Numbered from the stretch's first letter, positions 12,478 to 22,771 are shown. The stretch is 62,761 nt of DNA from Bacteroidota bacterium (GCA_046303115.1 JBKCGZ010000190.1:1-62761); one strand, 5' to 3'. Translations and numbers: made by a program. The notes: generated by a model not told the origin, from the letters alone.

Positions 12478-13344
12478 TTAAATTTTACGATAATTCTTGT
12501 ATTCAAAAAAGCGATGACCAGTTACTTTCTCCAGAAAATTCAGTATGCGATATTTCAACTTAGTTTTAACTTTTGAAACATCAAACTGAAAATCCCAGTC
12601 CATCTTTGTAATTCTATTTTTCATCACCGGAGGATGAACGCCATCAAACAATGCTAAGGAATCAATCGCATTATAATCGTACTCATCAGCTTGAACCATA
12701 TTTTTAACAGTTTCGTCGCTATGCCAAAGCTTATGGAAATTCTTTTGCTTTTCTGTTTGTTGGTTGGGATTTTTAACCCAGCCATAATGATATATAAAAG
12801 CATCAATAGGCTTTACATTTAGCTTTCTATTATCAATTCTAAATCCTTGAGCATCTTTATAAGAATAGACACCGATATTATTTCGAACGATACGAATCTC
12901 ATGACGATACCATTTGCGTGAATTACCTACATACTGATAACTTCCATAAAAATGTCGGTAGTTGAATAGCAAGCCTTCTACTTTCAAATCATCTTTGTAG
13001 CGAAGCATTCCATTACGAATAGCATCATAATCTGCTTCATGAATCACTTCATCACCTTGCAAATAAAAACACCAATCAGCATCATTAGAAACGGCTGCAA
13101 GTGCTTTATTTGTCTCGACCGCTAGTATTTTTCCACCTTCACGAAGGGAATCATCCCAAACAGTATGAATGATTTTAATTTTAGGAGATCCAATATTTTC
13201 AATTAGTCCGATTGTATCATCAGAAGAATCACCGATACAAACAATCAGTTCATCAACGAGGGGCAGGAGGGATGTGATGGATTCTACAACAGGATAATCG
13301 TAACGGACTGCATTACGAATAAAAGTAAATCCTGCAACTTTCAT
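12478..13344 (-). CDS. Glycosyltransferase family 2 protein
   Basis: MKVAGFTFIRNA, SSDDT, YLQGDE, IYHYGWV. Confidence 0.88.
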   Translation of the reverse strand: MKVAGFTFIRNAVRYDYPVVESITSLLPLVDELIVCIGDSSDDTIGLIENIGSPKIKIIHTVWDDSLREGGKILAVETNKALAAVSNDADWCFYLQGDEVIHEADYDAIRNGMLRYKDDLKVEGLLFNYRHFYGSYQYVGNSRKWYRHEIRIVRNNIGVYSYKDAQGFRIDNRKLNVKPIDAFIYHYGWVKNPNQQTEKQKNFHKLWHSDETVKNMVQADEYDYNAIDSLALFDGVHPPVMKNRITKMDWDFQFDVSKVKTKLKYRILNFLEKVTGHRFFEYKNYRKI

Positions 13345-13350
13345 TTTTGA

Positions 13351-14892
13351 TTAGTTACTTCTTTGCATTTGAGAACTCACAAATTTTTCCCACTCTTCTA
13401 ACTGATGATTTTTCATCACACGAGGGAATTTGTTTTGATTACCAATCTTGCCCTTGCTTTCCATCCAATTTAAAAATACCTCATGAGGCAATACATCAAT
13501 AACAATATCTTTTAAAGCAGAAGTTCGCTCAACACGATAATCATCGTTAAGCATCTTTAGCTTCGTATCAATTAAAAATTTTAATTCAACAACATCCACC
13601 TTATCATCAGTACCGATAAACCATTTATGCGCAAACAAACTTCCATGCTTTATACCAGCAACCGTAAACTCATTAATACGAATATCTAAATCATCAGAAA
13701 CCATTTCAATGGCTTTGTTCATATTATCAACCGACAAATGTTCTCCACATAAACTCAAGTAATGTTTTGTACGTCCGGAAATAATAATTTCTGCTTTCTC
13801 TACATTGGTAAACTTAACAACATCGCCAATTAAATAACGCCATGCACCTGAACAGGTCGAAAGGAGTAAGGCATATTCTTCATCCACTTTTACTTCATCA
13901 ATTAACAACGTTTTTGGCTTTCTTACTAATTCCCCATCTCCATTAAAATTCTCTTCGTTGAAAGGAACAAACTCGAAAAACAATCCGTTATTCGTCACCA
14001 GCTTCATTGAACGATTATCCTGCTCATCCTGATAAGCGATAAATCCTTCAGACGCTAAATAAGTCTCAATACACGTTAATGGTTTACCAACTAACGAATC
14101 AAAACTTTTGCGATATGGCTCGAATGAAACACCACCATGCACGTAAATGGTGAGGTTGGGCCATAACTCATGAATATTTTTTAATTGATATCGCTCGATG
14201 ATTTTCTCAAGCAACAACTGGCACCAGGCAGGGACACCAACTAAAATTCCAATATCCCATGAAGGAGCAGTTTCAACAATCTCTTCAAGCTTCGTTGACC
14301 AATCTGTTTCACTCGCTATTTTCTTTCCTGGCTTGTAAAAATGCTGAAACCAAAAAGGAATTTTACTCGCTGTAATTCCACTTAAATCACCTTCAAAATA
14401 AGAGCCTTTCTGATTCAAGTGCGTACTACCACCTAACATCAAAATCCCCTTCGAAAAAATATCATCTGGTAAACCCTGATAACCACCTAAAGAAATTATC
14501 TGACGTAAACTGGTACGCTGTATGGCTTTTACCATTTCACGCGTAACAGGTATATGCTTACTCGAACTTTCACTCGTACCGCTGCTCAACGCAAAGTACT
14601 TTACTTGTCCTGGCCAACATACATTCTCTTGATGATGCAAGGCTTTATTCCACCACTGTGCGTAGATGGAATTATAATCGTGAACAGGAACTGTAGCTCT
14701 GAATTTATTGACAAAATTGCGAGAGTTTACCATATTGGAGAAATTGTAGTTCTGACCGAACATGGTAAACTCCGATTTACGCAATAGTTTTTTTAATTCT
14801 TTTTTCTGGTAGAATAAAGGAGTCTTTTCTGAACGACGAATTTTATGACGTAGTTCGATTCCTTTTTTGATAATGCTTGCCAGAATAGCCAT
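13351..14892 (-). CDS. GH3 family acyl-adenylate-forming protein (auxin-responsive GH3-like)
   Basis: SSGTS, YLASEGF, WRYLIGDVV, GNQNKFPR. Confidence 0.92.
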   Translation of the reverse strand: MAILASIIKKGIELRHKIRRSEKTPLFYQKKELKKLLRKSEFTMFGQNYNFSNMVNSRNFVNKFRATVPVHDYNSIYAQWWNKALHHQENVCWPGQVKYFALSSGTSESSSKHIPVTREMVKAIQRTSLRQIISLGGYQGLPDDIFSKGILMLGGSTHLNQKGSYFEGDLSGITASKIPFWFQHFYKPGKKIASETDWSTKLEEIVETAPSWDIGILVGVPAWCQLLLEKIIERYQLKNIHELWPNLTIYVHGGVSFEPYRKSFDSLVGKPLTCIETYLASEGFIAYQDEQDNRSMKLVTNNGLFFEFVPFNEENFNGDGELVRKPKTLLIDEVKVDEEYALLLSTCSGAWRYLIGDVVKFTNVEKAEIIISGRTKHYLSLCGEHLSVDNMNKAIEMVSDDLDIRINEFTVAGIKHGSLFAHKWFIGTDDKVDVVELKFLIDTKLKMLNDDYRVERTSALKDIVIDVLPHEVFLNWMESKGKIGNQNKFPRVMKNHQLEEWEKFVSSQMQRSN

Positions 14893-14921
14893 CGTTTCTG
14901 TTAAAGATTTAACTTTTACAA

Positions 14922-16259
14922 TTACATGTTTTTGATAATCTCATCGCCGAACTCAGAGCACTTTAACATTGTTGCTCCTTCCATCAAACGATGAAAATCG
15001 TAAGTCACACGCTTAGCTGCGATGCTCTTTTCGATACCACTGTACATTAACTGAGCAGCTTCTAACCAACCTAAATGTTCCATCATCATTGCTCCAGATA
15101 AAATCACAGATCCTGGATTTACTTTATCTTGATTAGCATACTTAGGAGCAGTTCCGTGAGTCGCTTCGAAAATAGCATGTCCTGTAACGTAGTTGATATT
15201 CGCACCTGGTGCAATACCGATTCCACCAACTTGCGCTGCTAATGCATCTGATAAATAATCACCATTCAAGTTCAATGTAGCAATTACATCAAAATCTTCA
15301 GGACGCGTTAATACTTGTTGTAATGCGATATCAGCAATTGCATCTTTCACTAAAATTTTTCCTGATGCTAATGCTGCTTTTTGCTCATCGTTGGCAGCAG
15401 CTTCACCTTTTTCTTTCTTCGTTTTTTCCCATTGCATCCAAGTGTAGCACTTATCACCGTACTTACTTTCTGCTAAAGCATAACCCCAATCGCGGAAGCC
15501 ACCTTCAGTAAACTTCATGATGTTTCCTTTGTGAACGATTGTTACTGATTTTCTTCCGTGACGGATAGCAAATTCAATTGCAGCTCCTACTAAACGCTCA
15601 GTACCCACTTTACTTACTGGCTTAATTCCGATACCAACATTCACTGATGTAGCATCAGCACTTGTATCAGCACCTGCAGTTTTTAAATAAGCTTCTGCTT
15701 TCTCTGCAGTACCAAAACGGATTTTATTAAACTCTTTCGGAAATTCTTTTGCAATGAACTCTAATACTTTTGCATTCTCAGGTGTGCCTGCTGCGAATTC
15801 AATTCCTGCATAAATATCTTCTGTATTCTCACGGAAGATGGTCATATCAACAGCACCTGGATTCTTCACTGGTGAAGGTGTTCCTTCAAACCAACGCACA
15901 GGACGCAAGCAAACATATAAATCAAGAATCTGACGTAATGCCACATTCAATGAACGAATACCACCACCAACTGGCGTAGTAAGAGGTCCTTTAATTCCAA
16001 CTAAATATTCTTTAAATGCATCTAATGTTTCATCTGGCAACCAGTTACCTGTTGCATTAAATGCTTTTTCACCTGCTAAAACTTCTTTCCAGATGATTTT
16101 TTTCTTTCCACCATAAGCCTTTTCTACTGCTGCATCCATTACACGCACTGATGCTGCCCAGATATCTGGACCAGTTCCGTCACCTTCGATAAAAGGGATG
16201 ATAGGTTGATCAGGTACTACTAACTTTCCATTTTGAATTGAGATTTTTCCGCCTTCCAT
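14922..16259 (-). CDS. icd: NADP-dependent isocitrate dehydrogenase (dimeric, E. coli type)
   Basis: [52 protein letters not shown]. Confidence 0.97.
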   Translation of the reverse strand: MEGGKISIQNGKLVVPDQPIIPFIEGDGTGPDIWAASVRVMDAAVEKAYGGKKKIIWKEVLAGEKAFNATGNWLPDETLDAFKEYLVGIKGPLTTPVGGGIRSLNVALRQILDLYVCLRPVRWFEGTPSPVKNPGAVDMTIFRENTEDIYAGIEFAAGTPENAKVLEFIAKEFPKEFNKIRFGTAEKAEAYLKTAGADTSADATSVNVGIGIKPVSKVGTERLVGAAIEFAIRHGRKSVTIVHKGNIMKFTEGGFRDWGYALAESKYGDKCYTWMQWEKTKKEKGEAAANDEQKAALASGKILVKDAIADIALQQVLTRPEDFDVIATLNLNGDYLSDALAAQVGGIGIAPGANINYVTGHAIFEATHGTAPKYANQDKVNPGSVILSGAMMMEHLGWLEAAQLMYSGIEKSIAAKRVTYDFHRLMEGATMLKCSEFGDEIIKNM

Positions 16260-16322
16260 TTCTAATTTTTATTTTGTTTGATGTTATTTTTTTCAGTTTG
16301 CAAATTTACACTTTATTCGTTC

Positions 16323-18197
16323 TTAATAATCGATTTCTAATCCCAGTCTGATTCTTAATTCATCAATATCGGGATTGGTCTGCATCATTACCCGGTATTT
16401 TTCCTTCGGACTGGTAATTAATTCCTTTGATCCGCTTAAGTCAACGATACGGGTAACTAAATTAAGATGATCATTTTTTAATTCACGTCGTAAGAACTCC
16501 AAAATATCTTGCTTTTCTTCTTGCACTAAAAGCTCTTGAGCCCTATTGTGAATGACCAATTCCATGTCTTGTTCATTGATCATGGTAGGTTTATTCATTG
16601 CCATAGTGGTATAGATCTGTTGCCCACCTGTTTTGTTATATCGCTCAGCAAATTTCATCCAAAATGCCTGCAAGTTACTTTCATCAATTTTCTGATTCTC
16701 CTTTTTTTCAACCACCATTTCTACCGTATCGGCATTAGATTCTTCTTGCTTTGGTTTGCCAATAGCCGAAAGCGATATTCCTCGCATACCACCAACACCT
16801 TTCACAAGCTTGGGAACCACTTTTTCTTCTTGCGGTTTGTTTTCTACAGGAGGATTTTCCTTTTTTGGAGCAGGAGTAGGAGCTGTAACAATTGGAGCAG
16901 CAGGTGTTTCTACAACAGGAGCATCAGCTACAGCCCCAGGTGCAGAAGCAACGGGTGCAGGCGTACTTGCAGGAGCCACAGGTGGAGCCATTACAACTGG
17001 TCCCGATGGAGCCGTTACAACTGGTCCTGCTGGAGCAGATTGTTCCTGACTAATTGGTGGAACAGAAGTGACTAACTCAGGATTTTTTTTTTCGCCTGAT
17101 AATGAATTACCGGCGGAACACATCCTAATCAAGGCTAACTCCACATGGAGTCGTTGGTTTTTGGATGCTTTATAATCTAAATCACAACGATTACAGATAT
17201 CCAGTAAATTCAATAGTAAAAGTACGGGAGTCTTTTTCGACTGCTCATTATATCTTGCTTTGGTACTATTGCTTACTTCCAATAATTGAATGGTAGAAGC
17301 ATCCTGACAAACCAGTAAATCACGGAAGTGAGCTGCTAGTCCATTGATGAAGGTATGTCCATCAAAACCACTCGATAAAATCTCATTGAATAATAAAAGA
17401 GAAGCAGGAATATTTCCTTCCAGAATGTTATCGGTCACTCGGAAATAATAATCGTAATCTAAAATATTCAGATTATCGATTACATCTTTATAGGTTAATT
17501 TATTCCCAGCAAAGCTGACAATCTGATCGAAGATAGAAAGCGAATCACGCAATGCTCCATCTGCCTTTTGAGCAATCATGTGTAGCGCATCCATTTCTGC
17601 TTCCACACCTTCTTTACCAGCTACGTAAGCAAGATGGTTAGCGATATCTTCTACTTGAATTCTATTGAAATCAAATATCTGACAACGCGATAGAATAGTA
17701 GGAATAATTTTATGCTTTTCCGTCGTAGCCAAGATGAAAATAGCATACGATGGTGGTTCTTCTAACGTCTTTAAAAAAGCGTTAAAGGCTGATGGAGATA
17801 GCATGTGAACCTCATCAATAATATAAATCTTGTATTTGCCTGAAGCCGGAGAGAAGCGTACTTGCTCTACGAGATTTCGAATATCATCCACCGAGTTATT
17901 CGACGCCGCATCTAATTCGAAAATATTTAGTGATTGTCCGTTGTTAAACGACACACACGACTCACATTGATTGCAAGCCTCGTTGGCATCGGTGATAAAC
18001 TGACAATTGATGGTCTTTGCTAAAATCCTTGCACAGGTAGTCTTTCCAACTCCACGTGGCCCACAGAATAAAAACGACTGCGCCAAATGATTATTACGAA
18101 TAGCATTTTTTAAGGTATTCGTGATTTGCGCCTGCCCAACAACGGTATCAAAGGTTGCTGGCCTGTATTTTCTTGCCGATACTACAAACTGATTCAT
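16323..18197 (-). CDS. dnaX: DNA polymerase III subunits tau/gamma
   Basis: ARKYRP, GPRGVGKTT, zinc-binding Cys cluster, DEVHML, TILSRCQ; Pro/Ala linker then tau C-domain. Confidence 0.97.
   Translation of the reverse strand: MNQFVVSARKYRPATFDTVVGQAQITNTLKNAIRNNHLAQSFLFCGPRGVGKTTCARILAKTINCQFITDANEACNQCESCVSFNNGQSLNIFELDAASNNSVDDIRNLVEQVRFSPASGKYKIYIIDEVHMLSPSAFNAFLKTLEEPPSYAIFILATTEKHKIIPTILSRCQIFDFNRIQVEDIANHLAYVAGKEGVEAEMDALHMIAQKADGALRDSLSIFDQIVSFAGNKLTYKDVIDNLNILDYDYYFRVTDNILEGNIPASLLLFNEILSSGFDGHTFINGLAAHFRDLLVCQDASTIQLLEVSNSTKARYNEQSKKTPVLLLLNLLDICNRCDLDYKASKNQRLHVELALIRMCSAGNSLSGEKKNPELVTSVPPISQEQSAPAGPVVTAPSGPVVMAPPVAPASTPAPVASAPGAVADAPVVETPAAPIVTAPTPAPKKENPPVENKPQEEKVVPKLVKGVGGMRGISLSAIGKPKQEESNADTVEMVVEKKENQKIDESNLQAFWMKFAERYNKTGGQQIYTTMAMNKPTMINEQDMELVIHNRAQELLVQEEKQDILEFLRRELKNDHLNLVTRIVDLSGSKELITSPKEKYRVMMQTNPDIDELRIRLGLEIDY
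16983..17036. repeat. 24-bp tandem duplication in the dnaX Pro/Ala linker
   Basis: tggagccattacaactggtcccga / tggagccgttacaactggtcctgc / tggagc, encoding GPVVTAPS-GPVVMAPP. Confidence 0.8.
17072..17093 (-). other. A10 slippage/frameshift site in dnaX with stops in both alternate frames
   Basis: Minus strand GAA AAA AAA AAT CCT GAG TTA G; +1 A gives ...AAA TCC TGA, -1 A gives ...ATC CTG AGT TAG. Confidence 0.8.
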
Positions 18198-18329
18198 ACA
18201 TCACAAATGTATCGAAAAAGTCAATGGAAAATTATAGTTTTTAGCCTTTGTGAATATTTTTAAATCCCTAAAATTCAATGCTTCGGAAAAATCTAATTTG
18301 GCTGTCCCAATAATTTGGTATTTTTCAGC

Positions 18330-19880
18330 ATGATTAAAAACGACAACCTGCCGGCTATTGAAAAATGGGGCTTCCGAATTATTCTGTTTTTACATCTTTT
18401 GCCCGTTTTATTATTGACTCCTTTTGTTACGCTCGATGGACCTGCTCACTTGTATAATGCGGTTTTAATTCGTGAATTAATCGGGACTCAATCATATGAT
18501 ATCATTACTAATCCACATTTTTTTCTGCAATTCAATGCTTTTCCAGAGCCTAATTGGACAGGCCATTTTGTGATGTCGCTATTGACTTTTATTTTACCTG
18601 TTTTGATGGTAGAAAAAGTCATGTTATTAGCTGTTCTGTTATTAACGGCCTTCGGATATCGCAAACTTATTCGTTCGTTTCAGTCGGATAGTTTATTGAA
18701 CTCCTGGATGCTTTTTCCATTCTTGTTCAACTTCGTTTTTTGCCTCGGATTTATTAATTATTCTCTCGCATTTGCACTCTTCCCTTTTGCACTTTCGTGG
18801 TGGATCAACAATAGAAACAATTTTACATTCAAAAATATTTTAATCGGCTTTTGTTGGTTGGCGCTGATTTATTTTTCTCACCTAGTTATCTTTTTATTTA
18901 CGGTTATCGCAATGGGCTTATACACGTTAAGTCATTGGAAAAAATTGAATGGCGACTTTTGGAAAGAAATTAAGTTCTTATCCGTTTTTTCACTTCCGTG
19001 GATTTTATTCTCCGCATTGTTTGTGTGGCTAAGTGGAACCAATGGATACAGGGGAGAAGTATCGTATTTACCATTCACCGATTTATTGCAACAGATTATT
19101 GAATCAAGGATTTTTATCGTTTATAATTATGATGATGAAAATGGTCTGACTCTGATTTATTCGTTCTTTATTCTCTTAGCTTTAATTTGGACATTTATCG
19201 AGCGGAAGAATATCAAGTTTCAGTTGTTTCCTATCTTATTAATGATTGTTTCGCTGCTGATGATTTTTATTTTACCGGATAGTTTAGCCTCTGGTGGAAT
19301 ATTATCCATTCGTATCATTCAACTCTTTTTTATCTGTTTGATTTTTTGGTTGGCATCAATTGAAACATCAAGAATAAAAAGCATTGCAATGGCTATTTTT
19401 TCTGTTGGATTTAGTGCCATGATGTTGTTTCATCATTATCCAACACAAAAAGGATTAAGCGATGATGCACATTCATTCATTGAGGCAGGAAAACAACTTC
19501 AATCGTCTAATTTGGTTATGCCACTGAATTATAGTCCAAATTGGATGCACGCCAACATGTGCTCGTATATGGGTGCCGTTAGCAAGGCCATGGTATTGGA
19601 TAATTACGAGCCTACGCAAGGACATTTCCCGCTCGTATGGAAAGAGTCGAAAAACCCTGAAAAAGTATTAGGCAATTACACCTCATCAAATCATCCTTGT
19701 GTTCATCTCGATGATTTTGAAAATACCTTCCAACGAAAAATCACCACCGTTTCCGTCTGGAAAAAAGAAAATAGTTCCGAAAGTGATTCTTGCGATCAAA
19801 GCGTTCAGCCATTACTCAACAAGCAATTTCAAATCATCTATCAGGACAACAATATCCAGCTCCTAATAAGAAAAGATTAA
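18330..19880 (+). CDS. Polytopic membrane protein, possible GT-C-fold glycosyltransferase
   Basis: About 11-12 TM segments, DGPAH motif in first outer loop, GFINY and FSHL motifs, soluble C-terminal domain. Confidence 0.55.
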   Translation: MIKNDNLPAIEKWGFRIILFLHLLPVLLLTPFVTLDGPAHLYNAVLIRELIGTQSYDIITNPHFFLQFNAFPEPNWTGHFVMSLLTFILPVLMVEKVMLLAVLLLTAFGYRKLIRSFQSDSLLNSWMLFPFLFNFVFCLGFINYSLAFALFPFALSWWINNRNNFTFKNILIGFCWLALIYFSHLVIFLFTVIAMGLYTLSHWKKLNGDFWKEIKFLSVFSLPWILFSALFVWLSGTNGYRGEVSYLPFTDLLQQIIESRIFIVYNYDDENGLTLIYSFFILLALIWTFIERKNIKFQLFPILLMIVSLLMIFILPDSLASGGILSIRIIQLFFICLIFWLASIETSRIKSIAMAIFSVGFSAMMLFHHYPTQKGLSDDAHSFIEAGKQLQSSNLVMPLNYSPNWMHANMCSYMGAVSKAMVLDNYEPTQGHFPLVWKESKNPEKVLGNYTSSNHPCVHLDDFENTFQRKITTVSVWKKENSSESDSCDQSVQPLLNKQFQIIYQDNNIQLLIRKD

Positions 19881-19945
19881 AATACATAAGTCAATCAGAA
19901 ATAGAAACAAATCAAATTGTATTTTTGCACTCAAATAAAAAAACT

Positions 19946-21991
19946 ATGAATAAGTTAATGAATTATGCCCTCGGAAAATGGGTAGCAGGTGAAGGCGACG
20001 GGCAAGTTTTATATAATGCTGTTAACGGAAGCAAATACGCAACAGCTTCTTCGAAAGGACTTGATTTTGCCTTGATGACCAACTACGCAAGAACAGTTGG
20101 TGGTCCTGCCTTGCGCAAATTAACTTTTCACGAGCGAGGAAGAATGCTAAAAGCATTAGCAATGCATCTAACAGCTAAGAAAGAAGATTTCTATAAAATC
20201 AGTTGGGCTACGGGCGCAACACGTGTAGATAGCTGGATTGATATTGAAGGAGGAATTGGAAACTTATTCGCGTATGCAAGCCTTCGTCGTCAGTTTCCAG
20301 ATATGCCGTATTGCATTGACGGAGATCCTGTGATGTTATCGAAAGGCGGTTCATTCATTGGTCACCATTTATGCGTTCCGAAAGAAGGAGTAGCTATTCA
20401 TATCAACGCATTTAACTTTCCGGTTTGGGGAATGTTGGAGAAAATTGCAGTGAACTTTTTAGCGGGCGTTCCTGCGATTGTTAAGCCTGCAACAGTAACC
20501 TCTTTCCTAACAGAAGCTGTCGTGAAAGAAATTGTTGCTTCGGGAATTTTACCAGAAGGAAGTTTGCAATTAATCTGTGGTTCTGCTAACGGAATTTTAG
20601 ATCATGTAACGAGTCAAGATGTAGTCACATTTACAGGTTCTGCTTCAACAGGAAAAATGTTGAAGTCGCACCCGCGAATTTTAGAAGAGGCAGTTCCTTT
20701 TAACATGGAAGCGGATTCATTGAACTCTTGTATTCTCGGACCAGATGCAATTCCTGGCACTCCTGAATTTGATATTTTCATTAAAGAAGTTCAACGTGAA
20801 ATGACAGTGAAAGCAGGACAAAAATGTACTGCTGTCCGTCGTATAATGGTGCCTGAAAATTTAGTAGAAGATGTTCAATTAGCATTGAGCAAACGATTAT
20901 CAACTACCAGCATTGGTGACCCCAATGTAGAAGGTGTGCGCATGGGACCATTAGCCTCTGCGAGTCAGGTGCAAGAAGTAAAAGAGAAAATTCAACTGTT
21001 AGCTAAGACACAAGAAATTGTTTTTGGAAATGCTGATATGACTCCAATTGGTGATGGCACTGATAAAGGAGCCTTTTTATCGCCTGTATTATTCATCAAT
21101 AGCGATCCATTTAAAAATACCGACTGCCATAACATCGAACCATTCGGACCTGTTTCTACCATTATGCCTTACAAAAATATTGGAGAGGCTATTGAGTTAG
21201 CGAAGATGGGAAAAGGTTCGTTAGTATGCAGTATTGTTACAGCTGATAATGCAACGGCGCGTGATTTTGTAGTAGGTGCTGCATCGATGCACGGAAGGGT
21301 TTTAGTTTTAAATAACGATTGTGCGAAAGAATCTACCGGTCACGGATCACCGATGCCAATGTTAGTGCACGGCGGACCGGGACGAGCAGGTGGTGGAGAA
21401 GAAATGGGAGGTAAGCGAGGAGTATTCCACTATTTACAGCGCACCGCTATTCAAGGATCACCAACTACGTTATCGTATATTACAGAAGTATATCAACGAG
21501 GTGGAAAACAAATTGAGAAAGATATTCATCCTTTCAAAAAGTATTTCGAAGAATTAGAAATTGGTGAAACATTAATTACAGCTAAGCATACCGTTAGTGA
21601 AGCGGACATTACCAATTTTGCGAATGTGAGTGGCGATAATTTTTATGCGCATATGGATGCAACTTCCTTAGAGGGAACCATCTTTACACAGCGAGTAGCA
21701 CACGGGTATTTTGTATTATCAAAAGCAGCGGGATTATTTGTTGATGCGAAGAAAGGTCCCGTGTTATTAAACTACGGATTAGACGAATGTCGTTTTACAA
21801 AACCTGTTTATCCTGGAATGACCATCGGAGTAAAACTAACAGTAAAAGAAAAAGTAGATACCGAAAAGAAAACCGAAGAAGATATTGCCAAAGGAATTGT
21901 AAAATGGTTAGTAGATGTGTATGATGAAACAGGTGAAACAGTAGCCATCGCTACCATTTTAACTATGGTAAAAAAAATAAATCAAGATTAA
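19946..21991 (+). CDS. paaZ: Phenylacetate degradation bifunctional protein (aldehyde dehydrogenase + MaoC hydratase)
   Basis: INAFNFPVWG, FTGS, MEADSLN, AGQKCTAVRR, C-terminal MaoC (VAHGYFVLS); start moved to ATG 19946, downstream of -7 box TATTTTTG 19920-19927. Confidence 0.95.
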   Translation: MNKLMNYALGKWVAGEGDGQVLYNAVNGSKYATASSKGLDFALMTNYARTVGGPALRKLTFHERGRMLKALAMHLTAKKEDFYKISWATGATRVDSWIDIEGGIGNLFAYASLRRQFPDMPYCIDGDPVMLSKGGSFIGHHLCVPKEGVAIHINAFNFPVWGMLEKIAVNFLAGVPAIVKPATVTSFLTEAVVKEIVASGILPEGSLQLICGSANGILDHVTSQDVVTFTGSASTGKMLKSHPRILEEAVPFNMEADSLNSCILGPDAIPGTPEFDIFIKEVQREMTVKAGQKCTAVRRIMVPENLVEDVQLALSKRLSTTSIGDPNVEGVRMGPLASASQVQEVKEKIQLLAKTQEIVFGNADMTPIGDGTDKGAFLSPVLFINSDPFKNTDCHNIEPFGPVSTIMPYKNIGEAIELAKMGKGSLVCSIVTADNATARDFVVGAASMHGRVLVLNNDCAKESTGHGSPMPMLVHGGPGRAGGGEEMGGKRGVFHYLQRTAIQGSPTTLSYITEVYQRGGKQIEKDIHPFKKYFEELEIGETLITAKHTVSEADITNFANVSGDNFYAHMDATSLEGTIFTQRVAHGYFVLSKAAGLFVDAKKGPVLLNYGLDECRFTKPVYPGMTIGVKLTVKEKVDTEKKTEEDIAKGIVKWLVDVYDETGETVAIATILTMVKKINQD

Positions 21992-22000
21992 AATAAATTT

Positions 22001-22771
22001 ATGTCGCAAGAAACAGGACGTGTGCATTCACACATAGAAAACAATATAGGATACGTTACCTTTTTTCATCCGCAGAGTAACTCATTACCCGGACAAGTAT
22101 TACGCGATTTAGCTGCGGCTATTGAAGCGATGGGAACGAATGATGAAGCTCGTGTAATTATTTTACAAAGTGAAGGAGAAAAAGCATTTTGTGCTGGTGC
22201 CTCTTTCGATGAATTAATTGCTATTGATGACCATGCAACAGGAACTTATTTCTTTTCAGGATTTGCAGGTGTAATTAACGCTATGCGCAAGGCGCCTAAA
22301 TTTGTTATTGCTCGTGTGCAAGGCAAAGCAGTTGGTGGTGGTGTTGGATTAGCCTCTGCTGCTGATTATACCTTTGCAGTAAGCGGCGCTGCTGTTAAGT
22401 TAAGCGAGCTAGCTGTTGGCATAGGTCCTTTTGTAGTAGGACCCGCAGTAGAACGTAAAGTAGGTAAATCAGCGTTTACACAAATGACCATTGATGCTAC
22501 CACATTTCATTCGGCAGAATGGGCAAAAGAAAAAGGACTGTATGCACACTTATACAATACCGTTGAAGAGATGGATGCTGCAATTAATACGCTTGCAACG
22601 AAATTATCATCCAGCAATCCAGAAGCGATGAGCATGCTTAAAAAAATCATGTGGGAAGGAACAGAAAATTGGGACGAACTTTTAATTGAAAGAGCAGGGA
22701 TGAGTGGTAAATTAGTTTTATCTGATTTTACAAGAAACGCGATTCAGAAGTTTAAGTCGGCTGCGAAGTGA
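22001..22771 (+). CDS. Enoyl-CoA hydratase/isomerase family protein (methylglutaconyl-CoA hydratase-like)
   Basis: AFCAGASFDE, GKAVGGGVG, LSELAVGIGP. Confidence 0.9.
   Translation: MSQETGRVHSHIENNIGYVTFFHPQSNSLPGQVLRDLAAAIEAMGTNDEARVIILQSEGEKAFCAGASFDELIAIDDHATGTYFFSGFAGVINAMRKAPKFVIARVQGKAVGGGVGLASAADYTFAVSGAAVKLSELAVGIGPFVVGPAVERKVGKSAFTQMTIDATTFHSAEWAKEKGLYAHLYNTVEEMDAAINTLATKLSSSNPEAMSMLKKIMWEGTENWDELLIERAGMSGKLVLSDFTRNAIQKFKSAAK

Noticed and set aside
19790-19945. 52-aa N-terminal extension of PaaZ in the ORF track
   Set aside because: Overlaps the upstream gene and spans the -7 box at 19920-19927; homology starts at MNKLMNY (19946)
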